A stretch of DNA of 64,000 bases from an uncultured archaeon (GTDB lineage Archaea > Thermoplasmatota > Thermoplasmata > Thermoplasmatales > Thermoplasmataceae): NCBI GenBank assembly GCA_000965745.1, contig CP009479.1:832001-896000 (forward strand), in the 5' to 3' direction. Shown here piece by piece: positions 10,729-20,996 of the stretch (positions are counted from its first letter, which is position 1; each line of letters begins with the position of its first letter). The position numbers and the translations under genes were made by a program. A model generated the notes under the pieces. The model saw only the letters and a program-made list of their open reading frames with translations, did not search any database and had not been told where the DNA came from.

Positions 10729-11430
10729 TTAAAGAAACTTTGCAACTTCTTCAGCCGAATATACTTTGAATTTCTGCCCTTCAGCAATTGAAGCCACTTC
10801 TGGAGACCTGAATTCAGAGTCTTCCTCAACTGATGCCTTCAGCGCCTTGATTGCAAGTGCTATTGCATCCTTCTCCGAAAGATCATCTTTGTACTCCTTC
10901 TCCAGGAAGTTTGTAACAGCCTCCTTGCCAGCCCCTATAGCAACGGCCTTGTACTCGTTGATAGTACCTGCAGGATCACAGTCAAACAGTCTCTGTCCTA
11001 TACCGTCATAACCTGCAAAGATCATGGACACACCATAGGGTCTTACCCCGCCGAACTGCGTATATTGCTGCATTTGGTCTGCAACCTTCTTTACGAGGTT
11101 CTCCATGTTGACCAGAGAGCCGTATGTTATCTTCTCCTGCTGTGTGCCTATTCTTGCAAAATCAATAAGAACCCGTGCATCTGCAACCAGGCCAGAGGTT
11201 ACCGCAGCGACGTAGTCGTCGATAAGCTGAATCTTTTCTAGTGAGTTGCGTTCAACCAGTTTGCTTCTTATCTTTTTGTCTGAGATTAAAGCCACACCGT
11301 TTTTGAACTTAATACCTAAGGCAGTAGAGCCCTTTTTAACTGCTTCCCTGGCATATTCAACTTGGAATAGCCGTCCGTCGGGAGAGAAGACTGTAATGGC
11401 TCTGTCATATGCCATCTGTCCCTGTTGCAT
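10729..11430 (-). CDS. psmA: Proteasome alpha subunit
   Basis: [20 protein letters not shown] signature. Confidence 0.98.
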   Translation of the reverse strand: MQQGQMAYDRAITVFSPDGRLFQVEYAREAVKKGSTALGIKFKNGVALISDKKIRSKLVERNSLEKIQLIDDYVAAVTSGLVADARVLIDFARIGTQQEKITYGSLVNMENLVKKVADQMQQYTQFGGVRPYGVSMIFAGYDGIGQRLFDCDPAGTINEYKAVAIGAGKEAVTNFLEKEYKDDLSEKDAIALAIKALKASVEEDSEFRSPEVASIAEGQKFKVYSAEEVAKFL

Positions 11431-11605
11431 TTGGTTTCACCTTTTGTCCAATAGGTCATTTAAGCTATAAAGGTTTTCTCGCTTCTACGTAAACAATGAC
11501 ATTACTTAACAATCCCATTAGTTACAATCTCACTAGTCTGGGAAGTCCAGTGAGCACAGAAAAATAAAATACTCTTTGTATCTGTTTGATTAGAGGGAAT
11601 ATCGT

Positions 11606-12793
11606 TTGCTTCCATATTGCAGAAAATGCAAGGGGTACACAAAGAAGTGCACCCTTGACTCATGTCCGATGCTGAACATTAAGGTTAAAGCGTCAGGCAA
11701 TCTTCCCATCGGAACTGGCCAGATAGCTTCCTTTACTCCTCCGGGCATTTTCATCGGGACATATAATTACCCTAACGTTTTTGCCGGTCCCCTTGCGGTA
11801 GCAGACCCTGAGGCGGGATATCCCTCTGGCAAGGAGTACGGGAAGACCATTGAGGATGTAATTTCCCTCAACAACAATGTGTACCGTGCTTCTCAGAAGA
11901 CAAGAGTCAAGGATATGGGGGCAGGATTCACCATTTCATTGCAGGAATCTACGATGTCTTTGGACTTTGTTGACATGGAACTGGATGTAGCGAGGCATCT
12001 TCATGCTACCACCGATATGGACAGAATTTCAGAGGCCCCAATGAGATCAATGGTAGAGCTCAACTCAATGAAGATTACATCCAACCCCAGGATTCCTAGA
12101 AGGGTTGACTATTTCCATGGAGACACTGACCTCAAAGCTGAGGACGCCGTATGGGCACTTTACAAATCCGGGTTAGGCATCACATACCTAGAAGGAGTCC
12201 TTTCATCGGGGTCGCTTGGAATAGGGAGGAGAAGAAGGCTGGTTCCAACCAGATGGTCAATAACCGCTGTAGATGATATTATCTACAGGAACATGAAACA
12301 GGAGATCATTGACTTGCCAATAATTCCCGGGATAGAGGTATTCAAAAAATCATACCTTGGAAATGATTTCACAATTGTCCTGCTTCCATACTCCATGGCA
12401 TATGAAATGCAGGAGATGTGGAACAGCGGTTTTTCAGCCACCAATAAAAATGTGAGTATAGATCATGAGTTCATGGAGGGGAGGAAGAAATATGCCAGCA
12501 ATGTCGGGGGGGCTTATTACGCGGCCAGACTTGCAGTGTTTGAATACCTCACGCGGATACGGAGGCAGGCCTCAGTCATAGTCCTCCGGACCATCGGAAG
12601 TGAATATTACACCCCACTGGGCGTATGGCTCGTCAGGGAGACTGTCAGGGATGCATTTAAGACCAGGCCTGCCAAATATGCTTCAGTTGAGGATCTGGTC
12701 AGGAATGAACCCACAGGAATAAAAAACTGGCACGGCTTGTCCAAAGTTCTCAGGAACACCTATGTTCAGAAGAGCATATTCGAGTATATCTGA
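11606..12793 (+). CDS. nreA: Nre family DNA repair protein (DUF650/DUF651)
   Basis: N-terminal Cys cluster, RLVPTRWSITAVD, GGAYYAARL, C-terminal PIP box QKSIFEY. Confidence 0.85.
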   Translation: MLPYCRKCKGYTKKCTLDSCPMLNIKVKASGNLPIGTGQIASFTPPGIFIGTYNYPNVFAGPLAVADPEAGYPSGKEYGKTIEDVISLNNNVYRASQKTRVKDMGAGFTISLQESTMSLDFVDMELDVARHLHATTDMDRISEAPMRSMVELNSMKITSNPRIPRRVDYFHGDTDLKAEDAVWALYKSGLGITYLEGVLSSGSLGIGRRRRLVPTRWSITAVDDIIYRNMKQEIIDLPIIPGIEVFKKSYLGNDFTIVLLPYSMAYEMQEMWNSGFSATNKNVSIDHEFMEGRKKYASNVGGAYYAARLAVFEYLTRIRRQASVIVLRTIGSEYYTPLGVWLVRETVRDAFKTRPAKYASVEDLVRNEPTGIKNWHGLSKVLRNTYVQKSIFEYI

Positions 12794-13636
12794 GTGAATA
12801 TCATGGAGTTATGGGACATTATTTTCGACAACCACATGCATCTGAGGGAAGACGGGTATAACATAGAAGCCGCAAGACAGTTTGAACACAGTGGGGGCAC
12901 AGCATTCAACCTGGTGAATCTTCCAAATCACGAATTACCTGCGGCAGATTACTATGAGAACGTTTACCGCAAAACCTTGAAACTCGCGGAAATGGTCAGG
13001 CGCGAAACCGGAGTGAAGGTTGCCGTTACACTGGGACCGTACCCCCTGGACTATCTTCATTTCTCAAGCCATGTAGGGAACATCAAAGAGTTCATCCTTT
13101 CCGGAATTGACAGAGCCGTGGATCTCATACTGAAAGGGGAGGCCGATGCTCTGGGGGAAATAGGAAGGCCTCATTTCGTGACCGATGAGAAGACAGTTGA
13201 GGACGCAAATGACATTCTAGAATACGCTATGGAAAAATGCTCAGACCAGGACATTCCAATAATACTCCACACGGAGGATCTGACTGGAGATTCCTATAAA
13301 GAACTGGGTGAAATGGCTCGGAAGGCGGGATTCGACACTGGCAAACTCATAAAGCACCACGCGCATCCGAAAGATTTCTCCATCGACAGCATTCTGCTGA
13401 AATCTGTCCTGGCAACCAGGAAGAATGTGAGGGAGTCATTAATCATGAGCAGGGGATTTTTCCTGGAAACTGATTACGTTGACGACAGGTCCAAGCCAGG
13501 GAAAGTGATTCCAGCAGATTCTGTGCCTAAAAGGGCCTTGATGATAAAGAACCAGTATGATGACTGGGAAGATATTTTTGAATCAATCTTCAGGGATATT
13601 CCAGTTTCAGTATTCGGAGAAGACACGTTATTCTGA
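12794..13636 (+). CDS. TatD-related metal-dependent hydrolase
   Basis: DNHMH, GEIGRPHF, ILHTE, KHH, FLETDY. Confidence 0.85.
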   Translation: MNIMELWDIIFDNHMHLREDGYNIEAARQFEHSGGTAFNLVNLPNHELPAADYYENVYRKTLKLAEMVRRETGVKVAVTLGPYPLDYLHFSSHVGNIKEFILSGIDRAVDLILKGEADALGEIGRPHFVTDEKTVEDANDILEYAMEKCSDQDIPIILHTEDLTGDSYKELGEMARKAGFDTGKLIKHHAHPKDFSIDSILLKSVLATRKNVRESLIMSRGFFLETDYVDDRSKPGKVIPADSVPKRALMIKNQYDDWEDIFESIFRDIPVSVFGEDTLF

Positions 13637-13693
13637 AAGGAATGTTGCCAACAGGTGAAACAAATTTAATAATTCAAACGCATATAAAACAGA

Positions 13694-14353
13694 ATGACTC
13701 TCACCCCCGCTCAGATCGATCACATAGCTAACGATCTAAAATCCTTGATAAGAGTGGAGAAGAAGTCAAAAAAGGTAAAAAAACTCGATGGCGGCTTCTA
13801 CAAAGGTGTAGTCGATGCTCTGGAGACTCTCAGGTCAGAATCGGAGAAGCATTTGAAAAACCAGGATATTTCGAGCTACATAAACATCAACAACAGGATC
13901 CAGGACATTGAGAGGGATTTCAAGGACTTTTTCCAGAGGCGCTTCAGCAAGATGGCAATCCTCTCCCTCTACGAGCTCGACTCGGACCTCATGAACTCAC
14001 TCACCGGGGAGGAGAGGGAATTTGTGATCAGGCTTCATAACATGATGCAGGATGAATTCAACAGGCTTCTTCTGAAAGAGAGAGTGGCCCACGAAGAGGA
14101 GGTCGAAGAGCCCGAATTGCAGCCCGCAGATGAGAAAGAGGAACCAGTTCGGCAGCAAGAGATCCGTGAGACCCACGAGCAGGCTGCAGAAAAGAAGTTC
14201 ATCCTCGTTAGAATCGTGGGGGATCAGCCTCCTATCGCCCAACCTGAAAGAGATTACTATCTTCATGACAACGATCTCGTATATCTACCCGAGAATTTCG
14301 CTGAACTTCTAGTTAAGCGCAAGACTGCTGTCAAGGTTAACATCAGGATATAA
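13694..14353 (+). CDS. DNA replication complex GINS protein (A-domain, acidic linker, C-terminal B-domain)
   Basis: Helical A-domain (RRFSKM..LTGEER), acidic linker, beta-rich B-domain ILVRIVGD..YYLHDNDLVYLPENFAELLVKRKTA. Confidence 0.82.
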   Translation: MTLTPAQIDHIANDLKSLIRVEKKSKKVKKLDGGFYKGVVDALETLRSESEKHLKNQDISSYININNRIQDIERDFKDFFQRRFSKMAILSLYELDSDLMNSLTGEEREFVIRLHNMMQDEFNRLLLKERVAHEEEVEEPELQPADEKEEPVRQQEIRETHEQAAEKKFILVRIVGDQPPIAQPERDYYLHDNDLVYLPENFAELLVKRKTAVKVNIRI

Positions 14354-15121
14354 CCATGGGAACGAAGGGTGTTGCATCACTCATGCCATAACCCAGTCCA
14401 CGATCAGGAGAGCTATAATAATAGGATATTGTACTTCCACAATGAATCAATAGCCAAATGGATGAAGAATGCCTGAATATCAGTTTTTGCACACTCTGTT
14501 TGTATCTCTCTCTTACTATATTATTATAATCATGGTGTTCCAATTCCACGATGGCTCGCGTCAAGTACCGGCACAATTGGTGATGCTTATTATGTAACCA
14601 CTATGCCTACCAAGTGCAGTTTATCACTGATCGGTTCGGGTGAGAATAATCATGGGACATCAGGAGATGATAGGAAACAGAGGAAGGTAACTAATTTTTC
14701 ATTGTTTTCTTCCTGCAGGAATGCACTACGAAACTTCTCATTACCATTAATCGCCTCAAGATGGCTAAAGAGAGGGATGAGCGCGATTACCAAACAAATG
14801 ACGAAACAAGAAAGAGAGAGTGCAGTTCGTGGTGCAAATGCTGTCCGGACGGAGAGTACTGGATCCGACCCACTGGAACTTAGCACCTTGGGGGCGTTAA
14901 CATGCAGAATGTTGGACAGGGCCTTCTTTATTGTATTCTTTATAGAACAAAACATGAAGAATCCACATTTAATCGGTGAACATCGCTTTTGACCTGAAAT
15001 TCAAATCAAGTGGACAGTGGTTAAACATGTGAGGCGCACTTCTATCCTGCACACTCTTTGAGTTATGCAACTCAGGTTCAGTAGTGCAAAGCTTAAATCT
15101 GCAGTCGCATAGGGGGATTCA

Positions 15122-15421
15122 GGAAAAGCCCGAGGGCAACTAACGCTTGCAAAAGTGAGGAAAGTCCCCCCTCCTCGGCAGAATTCAGCCTGTGCAAGCA
15201 GGTGTTCTGAGAGGGATGGTCAAGGGAAAAGAAATAAACGGATTCCGGTGAAGAGTGACTCGAAGAGAAGACGTTTCCGGAAGTGCCGATGGGAACCCTT
15301 CCTGGATGGAGAAAGTCTAAACGGGCCCTGTGAATCTGCCGTGAGGGCCGGGTAAGACGAATAGTCGAATGTTGCCAACCCTTGTTGGGTGAACAGAAGG
15401 GGGCTTACTCCGGGCATTTCC
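15122..15421 (+). ncRNA. rnpB: RNase P RNA
   Basis: Universal GAGGAAAGTCC and AACAGAAnnnnGCTTA motifs; terminal P1 pairing GGAAAAGCCCGAG/CTCGGGCATTTCC; TATA-like CTTAAAT about 25 nt upstream. Confidence 0.95.
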
Positions 15422-15427
15422 AATATT

Positions 15428-16063
15428 TTATCTTCTTGGGAATCTAACCACGAATCTGCATGCCCGAGATCCTGCCACAACGCGGTGTGTAGACTCTACA
15501 TCTGCCTCAAGGACATTTGTAAACAGCTCATTTTCAGCCTTGCAAGCCTCGCCATATTTTTGTGAAATAGCCAGTATTGGGCAGTTGTACTCAGTTATCT
15601 CAAAAGTGCTCTCATCAAGCTGCCTCCACTCAGACATGTAGCCCTCGTGGTCCCTCAAGGATGTTAGTTTCTTGATCTTGTCCCTTTCGGAGTACTTTCT
15701 AAGAGTCTCCCTGTATTCAGGCAGCTTCTTCTCAGTTCTCAGATGAAGAATGTTCCCCACATATTCTCGCCCGAATATGTTGTCAACGTAGTCCATGGTA
15801 TCTGTAACAATATCCTCGTAACCTTTCTGGAAAGAATTGTTTCCCTTCTCTGAAAGTGAAAAATAACACTTCGGCCTCCCTCTGCCGGAAGGAATGTACC
15901 TCCTCCTGACGAGTTCATCTTTCTCAAGGTTTCCAAGATGCTTCAGGGCGGCCACCTTTGAAATATCGAATTCCTTGCCAATCTCTTCAAGAGTAGCTTC
16001 GCTATTTCTTTTCAGGAAGTGTACAATTCCAGTCTTTGTAGAAGGTATCTCCTTTCCGCCCAT
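15428..16063 (-). CDS. Winged-helix transcriptional regulator, SufR-like
   Basis: N-terminal wHTH (HLGNLEKDELV, GRGRP), C-terminal EYNCPI..C..C Cys ligands. Confidence 0.8.
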   Translation of the reverse strand: MGGKEIPSTKTGIVHFLKRNSEATLEEIGKEFDISKVAALKHLGNLEKDELVRRRYIPSGRGRPKCYFSLSEKGNNSFQKGYEDIVTDTMDYVDNIFGREYVGNILHLRTEKKLPEYRETLRKYSERDKIKKLTSLRDHEGYMSEWRQLDESTFEITEYNCPILAISQKYGEACKAENELFTNVLEADVESTHRVVAGSRACRFVVRFPRR

Positions 16064-16221
16064 TTATTTAACATTATGTACTGATATTATAATTATTCGC
16101 TAAGTATTCTGATTTCAGGTTTTGATATCACTTTCATTCCTGAATAAATTAACATTGAGAAATACGAAAATGTTAGATAAAAAAAATATTAAGCATAAAC
16201 CAATAGTATGTTGGATACCAT

Positions 16222-16413
16222 ATGTCTGAAAAAACCTGCCAGGTAAAAGGCTGCTCAGAAATGAGTTTCAAAACAGTGGACGCATCGCTTGCGAAAAAAG
16301 TTCTGTCTGTGGAGGAGGACAAGACAAAAGTGCACCTCTGCAAGGCACACTATAAAGAATACAAGAAAGGAACCAAGAAGGATAGGGAAATTCAAAGAAT
16401 GGACTGGGTCTGA
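16222..16413 (+). CDS. Small putative zinc-binding protein
   Basis: CxxxxC...LCxxHY; upstream TATA-like sequence. Confidence 0.7.
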   Translation: MSEKTCQVKGCSEMSFKTVDASLAKKVLSVEEDKTKVHLCKAHYKEYKKGTKKDREIQRMDWV

Positions 16414-16429
16414 TTCAGGGTTACGATCA

Positions 16430-17251
16430 ATGCCGGACTCCGAGCTAGGTATTTCTGTTGTTATTACTACTTACAATGAGGGACGCTATCTTAAGGATTT
16501 ACTGGACAGTTTCGTGAAACAGCAGGGTCCAATGGAGGTACTTCTTGTTGACTCCATGAGTACCGATGAGACGGAGAGCGTTGTAAGAGAGTTCCAGAAC
16601 AAGCATAACTTCCTGAGGTACATCAGGCAGCAATGCTCAAGGGGGGAAGGCAGAAACATTGGTGTGAAAAACGCAAGTTATGATCACGTTCTCTTTACTG
16701 ATGGGGATGCTATAGCAAACCCGTTCTGGTTAAGAAAAATGAGGGAGACATTCAGGGAAGGCTACGATGTGGTAGCCGGAAAAACAATTCAGATGGGATA
16801 TGAACCATTTGAGAAGCTTGGAAGAGTGGAGCTTTATTTTGAAGATTTCGAGGTTACGTCCCCCTCTGTCAATCTTGGCTACTCAAAGAAACTCTTTCAG
16901 GAAATAGGTGGCTTTGACGTGAATTTCATAACTGCAGAAGACATAGACCTCAACATCCGGGCAGTCAAGGCCGGGGGCAAGATCGGCTTCTGCGAGGACT
17001 GCATCATTTACCACCGCACGAGGAGCACATTTGTTGGATTCATAGAACAGGCCTTCTGGAACGGATTCGGAAGAAAGCAATTGAACAATAAGCATCTGGA
17101 TGTCTGGTCCCACTTCAGATTCTCTGAAATTTTCAAGCCTGACGTCATAAACTTCTGGTATGTTGTGAGGGCAGCAACTGCTTTGCTAGGGTATACGACC
17201 TGCAAGCTCTTTGGCGATGATTTTGCAAAGCGCAGGGCGTCCGGATCCTGA
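16430..17251 (+). CDS. Glycosyltransferase family 2
   Basis: SVVITTYNE, VDSMSTD, FTDGD, GGFD..EDIDL; start moved to ATG 16430. Confidence 0.92.
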   Translation: MPDSELGISVVITTYNEGRYLKDLLDSFVKQQGPMEVLLVDSMSTDETESVVREFQNKHNFLRYIRQQCSRGEGRNIGVKNASYDHVLFTDGDAIANPFWLRKMRETFREGYDVVAGKTIQMGYEPFEKLGRVELYFEDFEVTSPSVNLGYSKKLFQEIGGFDVNFITAEDIDLNIRAVKAGGKIGFCEDCIIYHRTRSTFVGFIEQAFWNGFGRKQLNNKHLDVWSHFRFSEIFKPDVINFWYVVRAATALLGYTTCKLFGDDFAKRRASGS

Positions 17252-17345
17252 TCTCCACGGAACACGCATCCGGGACTTCATCATTAAAGCCTTTATAAGA
17301 TCGGAAAAAACCGCAAACATATAAATCCGCAAATTCACTCATGAT

Positions 17346-19070
17346 TTGATGGACAAAGTGGACGGGGATTATTGGAAAAAGAAGATTGAGAAACTTCAAA
17401 ACGACAATCCCGGGAACAATCCCGAATATTCCAGATGGAAGGAGAGTACTCTTGAACCATGGAATAAGAAGACCAACTTACAGGAAAAAGAATACATAAA
17501 TTCATCAGATATCAGCATTAAAGAACTCTATAACAGCGGAGACCTTAGGAAGGGCCAGGAAGAAACCTATCTTGGCTCTCCAGGGGAATATCCGTTTACG
17601 AGGGGAATCTATCCTAACATGTACAGGGGCCGCCCCTGGACGATGAGAATGTTTTCAGGATTCGGCACTCCCGGCGACACCAACTCCAGGCTCAAGTACC
17701 TTATTTCTCACGGCGAGTCCGGGCTCAGCATTGCCTTTGACATGCCAACTCTTTACGGCTATGACTGCGACAGCAAAAGGGCAGACGGGGAGATCGGAAG
17801 GTGCGGTGTAAACGTATCATCACTCAGAGACATGGAGGATATATTTGACGGAATAGATCTTGGAAAAGTCAGCACCTCAATGACAATAAACGCTCCAGCA
17901 GCTGTTCTCACTGCTATGTACATTGCTGTTGCGAAGAAGCAGGGGGTGCCGCTGGACAAGATCGCAGGAACTGTTCAGGCAGACATACTGAAGGAATACA
18001 TCGCACAGAAGGAGTGGATATATCCGCCCGAAGCACACTTGAGGCTGATAAGAGACATGATGGTCTATTGCACAGAAAACACCCCAAAGTGGAACTACAT
18101 AAGCATTTCAGGCTATCACATACGGGAAGCAGGTTCAAGTGCTGTCCAGGAACTGGCGTTCACACTAGCTGACGGATTCTATTATGCAGAAATGGGAAAG
18201 AAAGCAGGGCTCGACATTGACAAATTTGCGCAAAGGCTCTCTTTCTTCTTCAACTCCTCAATCAACTTCTTTGAGGAGATAGCAAAGTTGAGAGCAGCGA
18301 GAAGGATCTGGGCAACCGTCATGAAGGAACGCTACGGCGCAAAAAGTGAAAGGAGCATGATGCTCAGGTTCCACACGCAGACCTCAGGGTACTCACTGAC
18401 CTGGCAGCAGCCCCTGAACAATATCATAAGGACCACGATCGAAGCAATGGCAGCAGTTCTCGGAGGTACACAGAGCCTGCATACAAATTCATATGATGAA
18501 GCGTGGGCACTCCCATCCGAAGAGGCTGTTAAAATAGCTCTAAGAACACAGCAGATAATCGATGAGGAATCAGGCATGGCCGATACCATCGATCCTCTTG
18601 GCGGATCATACTATATGGAATGGCTCACCAACAAACTTGAGGAGGAGGCATACAAATATTTCGACGAGATAGAAAAAATGGGCGGCATCCTTGAGGCAGT
18701 CAAGAAGGGTTATATCCAGAGGGAAATAGCCAAGACTTCATACAGAAGGCAGACCAGGCTCGAAGAGGGGAAAGAAGTCATGGTCGGAGTTAACAAACAC
18801 GCTGAGGAGGAAGAGCAGCCCATAAGCTATCTCAAGATTAGCCCGAAGGCCCAGGACGACCAGATCGAGAAACTGAGGAAGGTTAAGAAAGCCAGGAACG
18901 AAAATGAGGTCAAGAAAGCGCTTAAAGATTTGGAGAAGGCCATGCTGGACGAGGAAGTGAATGTGATGCCATACATCATAAAAGCTGTTGAAGAATACGC
19001 GACACTTGAAGAAATATCAAACGTAGGGAGGAAGGTCTTTGGCGGATGGAAAGAACCAGTCATTGTTTAA
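17346..19070 (+). CDS. Methylmalonyl-CoA mutase, substrate-binding subunit
   Basis: PGEYPFTRGIY, ISISGYHIREAG, GGTQSLHTNSYDEA. Confidence 0.96.
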   Translation: MMDKVDGDYWKKKIEKLQNDNPGNNPEYSRWKESTLEPWNKKTNLQEKEYINSSDISIKELYNSGDLRKGQEETYLGSPGEYPFTRGIYPNMYRGRPWTMRMFSGFGTPGDTNSRLKYLISHGESGLSIAFDMPTLYGYDCDSKRADGEIGRCGVNVSSLRDMEDIFDGIDLGKVSTSMTINAPAAVLTAMYIAVAKKQGVPLDKIAGTVQADILKEYIAQKEWIYPPEAHLRLIRDMMVYCTENTPKWNYISISGYHIREAGSSAVQELAFTLADGFYYAEMGKKAGLDIDKFAQRLSFFFNSSINFFEEIAKLRAARRIWATVMKERYGAKSERSMMLRFHTQTSGYSLTWQQPLNNIIRTTIEAMAAVLGGTQSLHTNSYDEAWALPSEEAVKIALRTQQIIDEESGMADTIDPLGGSYYMEWLTNKLEEEAYKYFDEIEKMGGILEAVKKGYIQREIAKTSYRRQTRLEEGKEVMVGVNKHAEEEEQPISYLKISPKAQDDQIEKLRKVKKARNENEVKKALKDLEKAMLDEEVNVMPYIIKAVEEYATLEEISNVGRKVFGGWKEPVIV

Positions 19071-19485
19071 GGGCAGGCCGATAAAAATATTGTTGGCCAA
19101 GCCAGGCATTGACGGTCATGACCGTGGGATACTCGTCCTCGCAAAAGCTTTCAGGGACGCTGGAATGGAAGTTCTTTACGCAGGGCTCCTCCCAACCCCT
19201 GAAGAGGTTGTAGAAACCGCAGTAAACGAGGATGTTGACGTCATCGCCCTCAGCCTCCTAAATGGTGCGCACATGACCGTATTCAAGAAAGTGGCCGATT
19301 TTCTGAAGGAGAAGAACATAAACGATATTTCAGTGGTTGGAGGTGGCACCATACCCGACCCTGACAAGTCAAAGCTTGAAGAGATGGGGATAACGGGCAA
19401 TTTTGGTCCGGGAACTACACTGTCTGTGATAATTGACCATGTTACAAAACGGGCAGCGGAAGCAAGAGAGTTGAAGATGCTCTAG
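19039..19485 (+). CDS. Methylmalonyl-CoA mutase, cobalamin-binding subunit
   Basis: KPGIDGHDRG (DxHxxG) motif. Confidence 0.95.
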   Translation: MADGKNQSLFKGRPIKILLAKPGIDGHDRGILVLAKAFRDAGMEVLYAGLLPTPEEVVETAVNEDVDVIALSLLNGAHMTVFKKVADFLKEKNINDISVVGGGTIPDPDKSKLEEMGITGNFGPGTTLSVIIDHVTKRAAEARELKML

Positions 19486-19488
19486 CAG

Positions 19489-20451
19489 GTGCTGCTGTTG
19501 AATACTGATAGAATTGTAAGTGGAGTTCTGGCAGGGGAAAAGCAGAGCATTGCAAGGGCCATATCGGTAGTGGAGGATCCCAGGCTGTCCCCGGAATCCA
19601 GGCAGATCATCAAGGGGATCTACAACCACACGGGAAAGGCCCATGTTCTAGGAATTACCGGTCCACCCGGAATAGGGAAGAGCACAATGATCGGCATGCT
19701 TTCAAAGATGCTGTCCCAGAAAGGGCACTCAGTTGCAGTTCTTGCGGTAGACGCATCAAGCCCCTTTACAGGCGGCTCTCTTCTTGGAAACCGGATCAGG
19801 ATGCAGGAGTCTCTCTCCAAATTTGGAGTATACATGCGCAGCCTTGCAAACAGGGGTCTGAGCGGTGGACTTTCAAGATCGGTCTGGGATTCCGTTATGG
19901 TACTCGACGCTGCTGGGTTTGATTTTATCATCATTGAGACTGTCGGGGCAGGTCAGGCCGACCTGGATGTAGTATATCTCGCCGACACTATTGTTGTTGT
20001 CCTTGCCCCGGGCCTAGGGGACCAGATACAGGCAATCAAGTCCGGCATCATGGAAATAGCTGATATCTACATAGTTAACAAGATGGACAGGGAGGGCAGT
20101 TACATAGCCCTCAAGGATATAGAGGAGTTCCTTGCCTATTCAGTCCAGGGAGAATGGAAGGTTCCGGTGATAGGAACAAATTCCCTGACCGGCGAGGGGT
20201 ATGAAGAGTATATCTCCAGGATAATAAGCCACAGGGATTTCACAGGAAAAGACAGCAGGACAAGGCTGAGAAGATACAGGTACGAACTGAAGCTCGCCCT
20301 GGAGGATGAGATGAAACAGAAGATAGACAGTGAAATAAGAAGGCTCGTCAACGAAAATGCCATAGAGGACATGATGTCGTCCAGGACTGACCCATATACT
20401 GCTGCTGAGTCTATCCTCGAAGACCTGCTCTCATCAGACAGTGCCGATTGA
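19489..20451 (+). CDS. meaB: MeaB/ArgK family GTPase chaperone
   Basis: GPPGIGKST, GGSLLGNRIRM, IETVGAGQ, VNKMD; follows the mutase genes. Confidence 0.92.
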   Translation: MLLLNTDRIVSGVLAGEKQSIARAISVVEDPRLSPESRQIIKGIYNHTGKAHVLGITGPPGIGKSTMIGMLSKMLSQKGHSVAVLAVDASSPFTGGSLLGNRIRMQESLSKFGVYMRSLANRGLSGGLSRSVWDSVMVLDAAGFDFIIIETVGAGQADLDVVYLADTIVVVLAPGLGDQIQAIKSGIMEIADIYIVNKMDREGSYIALKDIEEFLAYSVQGEWKVPVIGTNSLTGEGYEEYISRIISHRDFTGKDSRTRLRRYRYELKLALEDEMKQKIDSEIRRLVNENAIEDMMSSRTDPYTAAESILEDLLSSDSAD

Positions 20452-20576
20452 TCTGGAACCCTGCCAAACCTTTCCGCTGTGTGAAGAAATGAAATCAGTG
20501 AAACAGGGCGGGAACGGATATTCTTGACCAGTTTAAAACTGCAATAAGGTTATATAAGTTTTAGACATTTTTTATT

Positions 20577-20966
20577 ATGGCAGATATGTACGGTCCTCTG
20601 AGATATTTTACTTCAGAAATGGTAAAGAACCTTGGTGACAGGGCCAAGGAAGTAATGACATTCATGTACCCGCCGGTCACTGTTTATGAAGAAGGCGGCG
20701 AGCTTGTAGTAGAGGCGGACCTACCCGGTTTTGACAAGAAGGATGTGAAGGTGAGGCTGGAGAAAACCTCACTCTCGATAAGTGCCTCACGAACTCTTGA
20801 GAAGAAGGGAATGGTCTTTATGGATCAGAGACCAGAGGAAGTGTCCAAAAGAATAAAGCTTCCGATGGAAGTTGACCAGGACGCTGCATTCTCGGCCAAG
20901 TACCTGAACGGTGTCTTGACAATCAAGATACCCGTAAAGGGATCAAGGTCAATAAAGGTAGAATAA
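20577..20966 (+). CDS. Small heat-shock protein (Hsp20)
   Basis: ADLPGFDK, AKYLNGVLTIKIP. Confidence 0.93.
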   Translation: MADMYGPLRYFTSEMVKNLGDRAKEVMTFMYPPVTVYEEGGELVVEADLPGFDKKDVKVRLEKTSLSISASRTLEKKGMVFMDQRPEEVSKRIKLPMEVDQDAAFSAKYLNGVLTIKIPVKGSRSIKVE

Positions 20967-20996
20967 GAACTCGGCCCCACCAGCCAATACAACTTT

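Noticed and set aside
14343-14992. ORFs of 77, 129 and 101 aa in the GINS-rnpB gap
   Set aside because: No recognisable motifs, they overlap on opposite strands, and there are no clear start signals
15155-15480. ORFs 15155-15355 (+) and 15220-15480 (-)
   Set aside because: They overlap the RNase P RNA and are spurious
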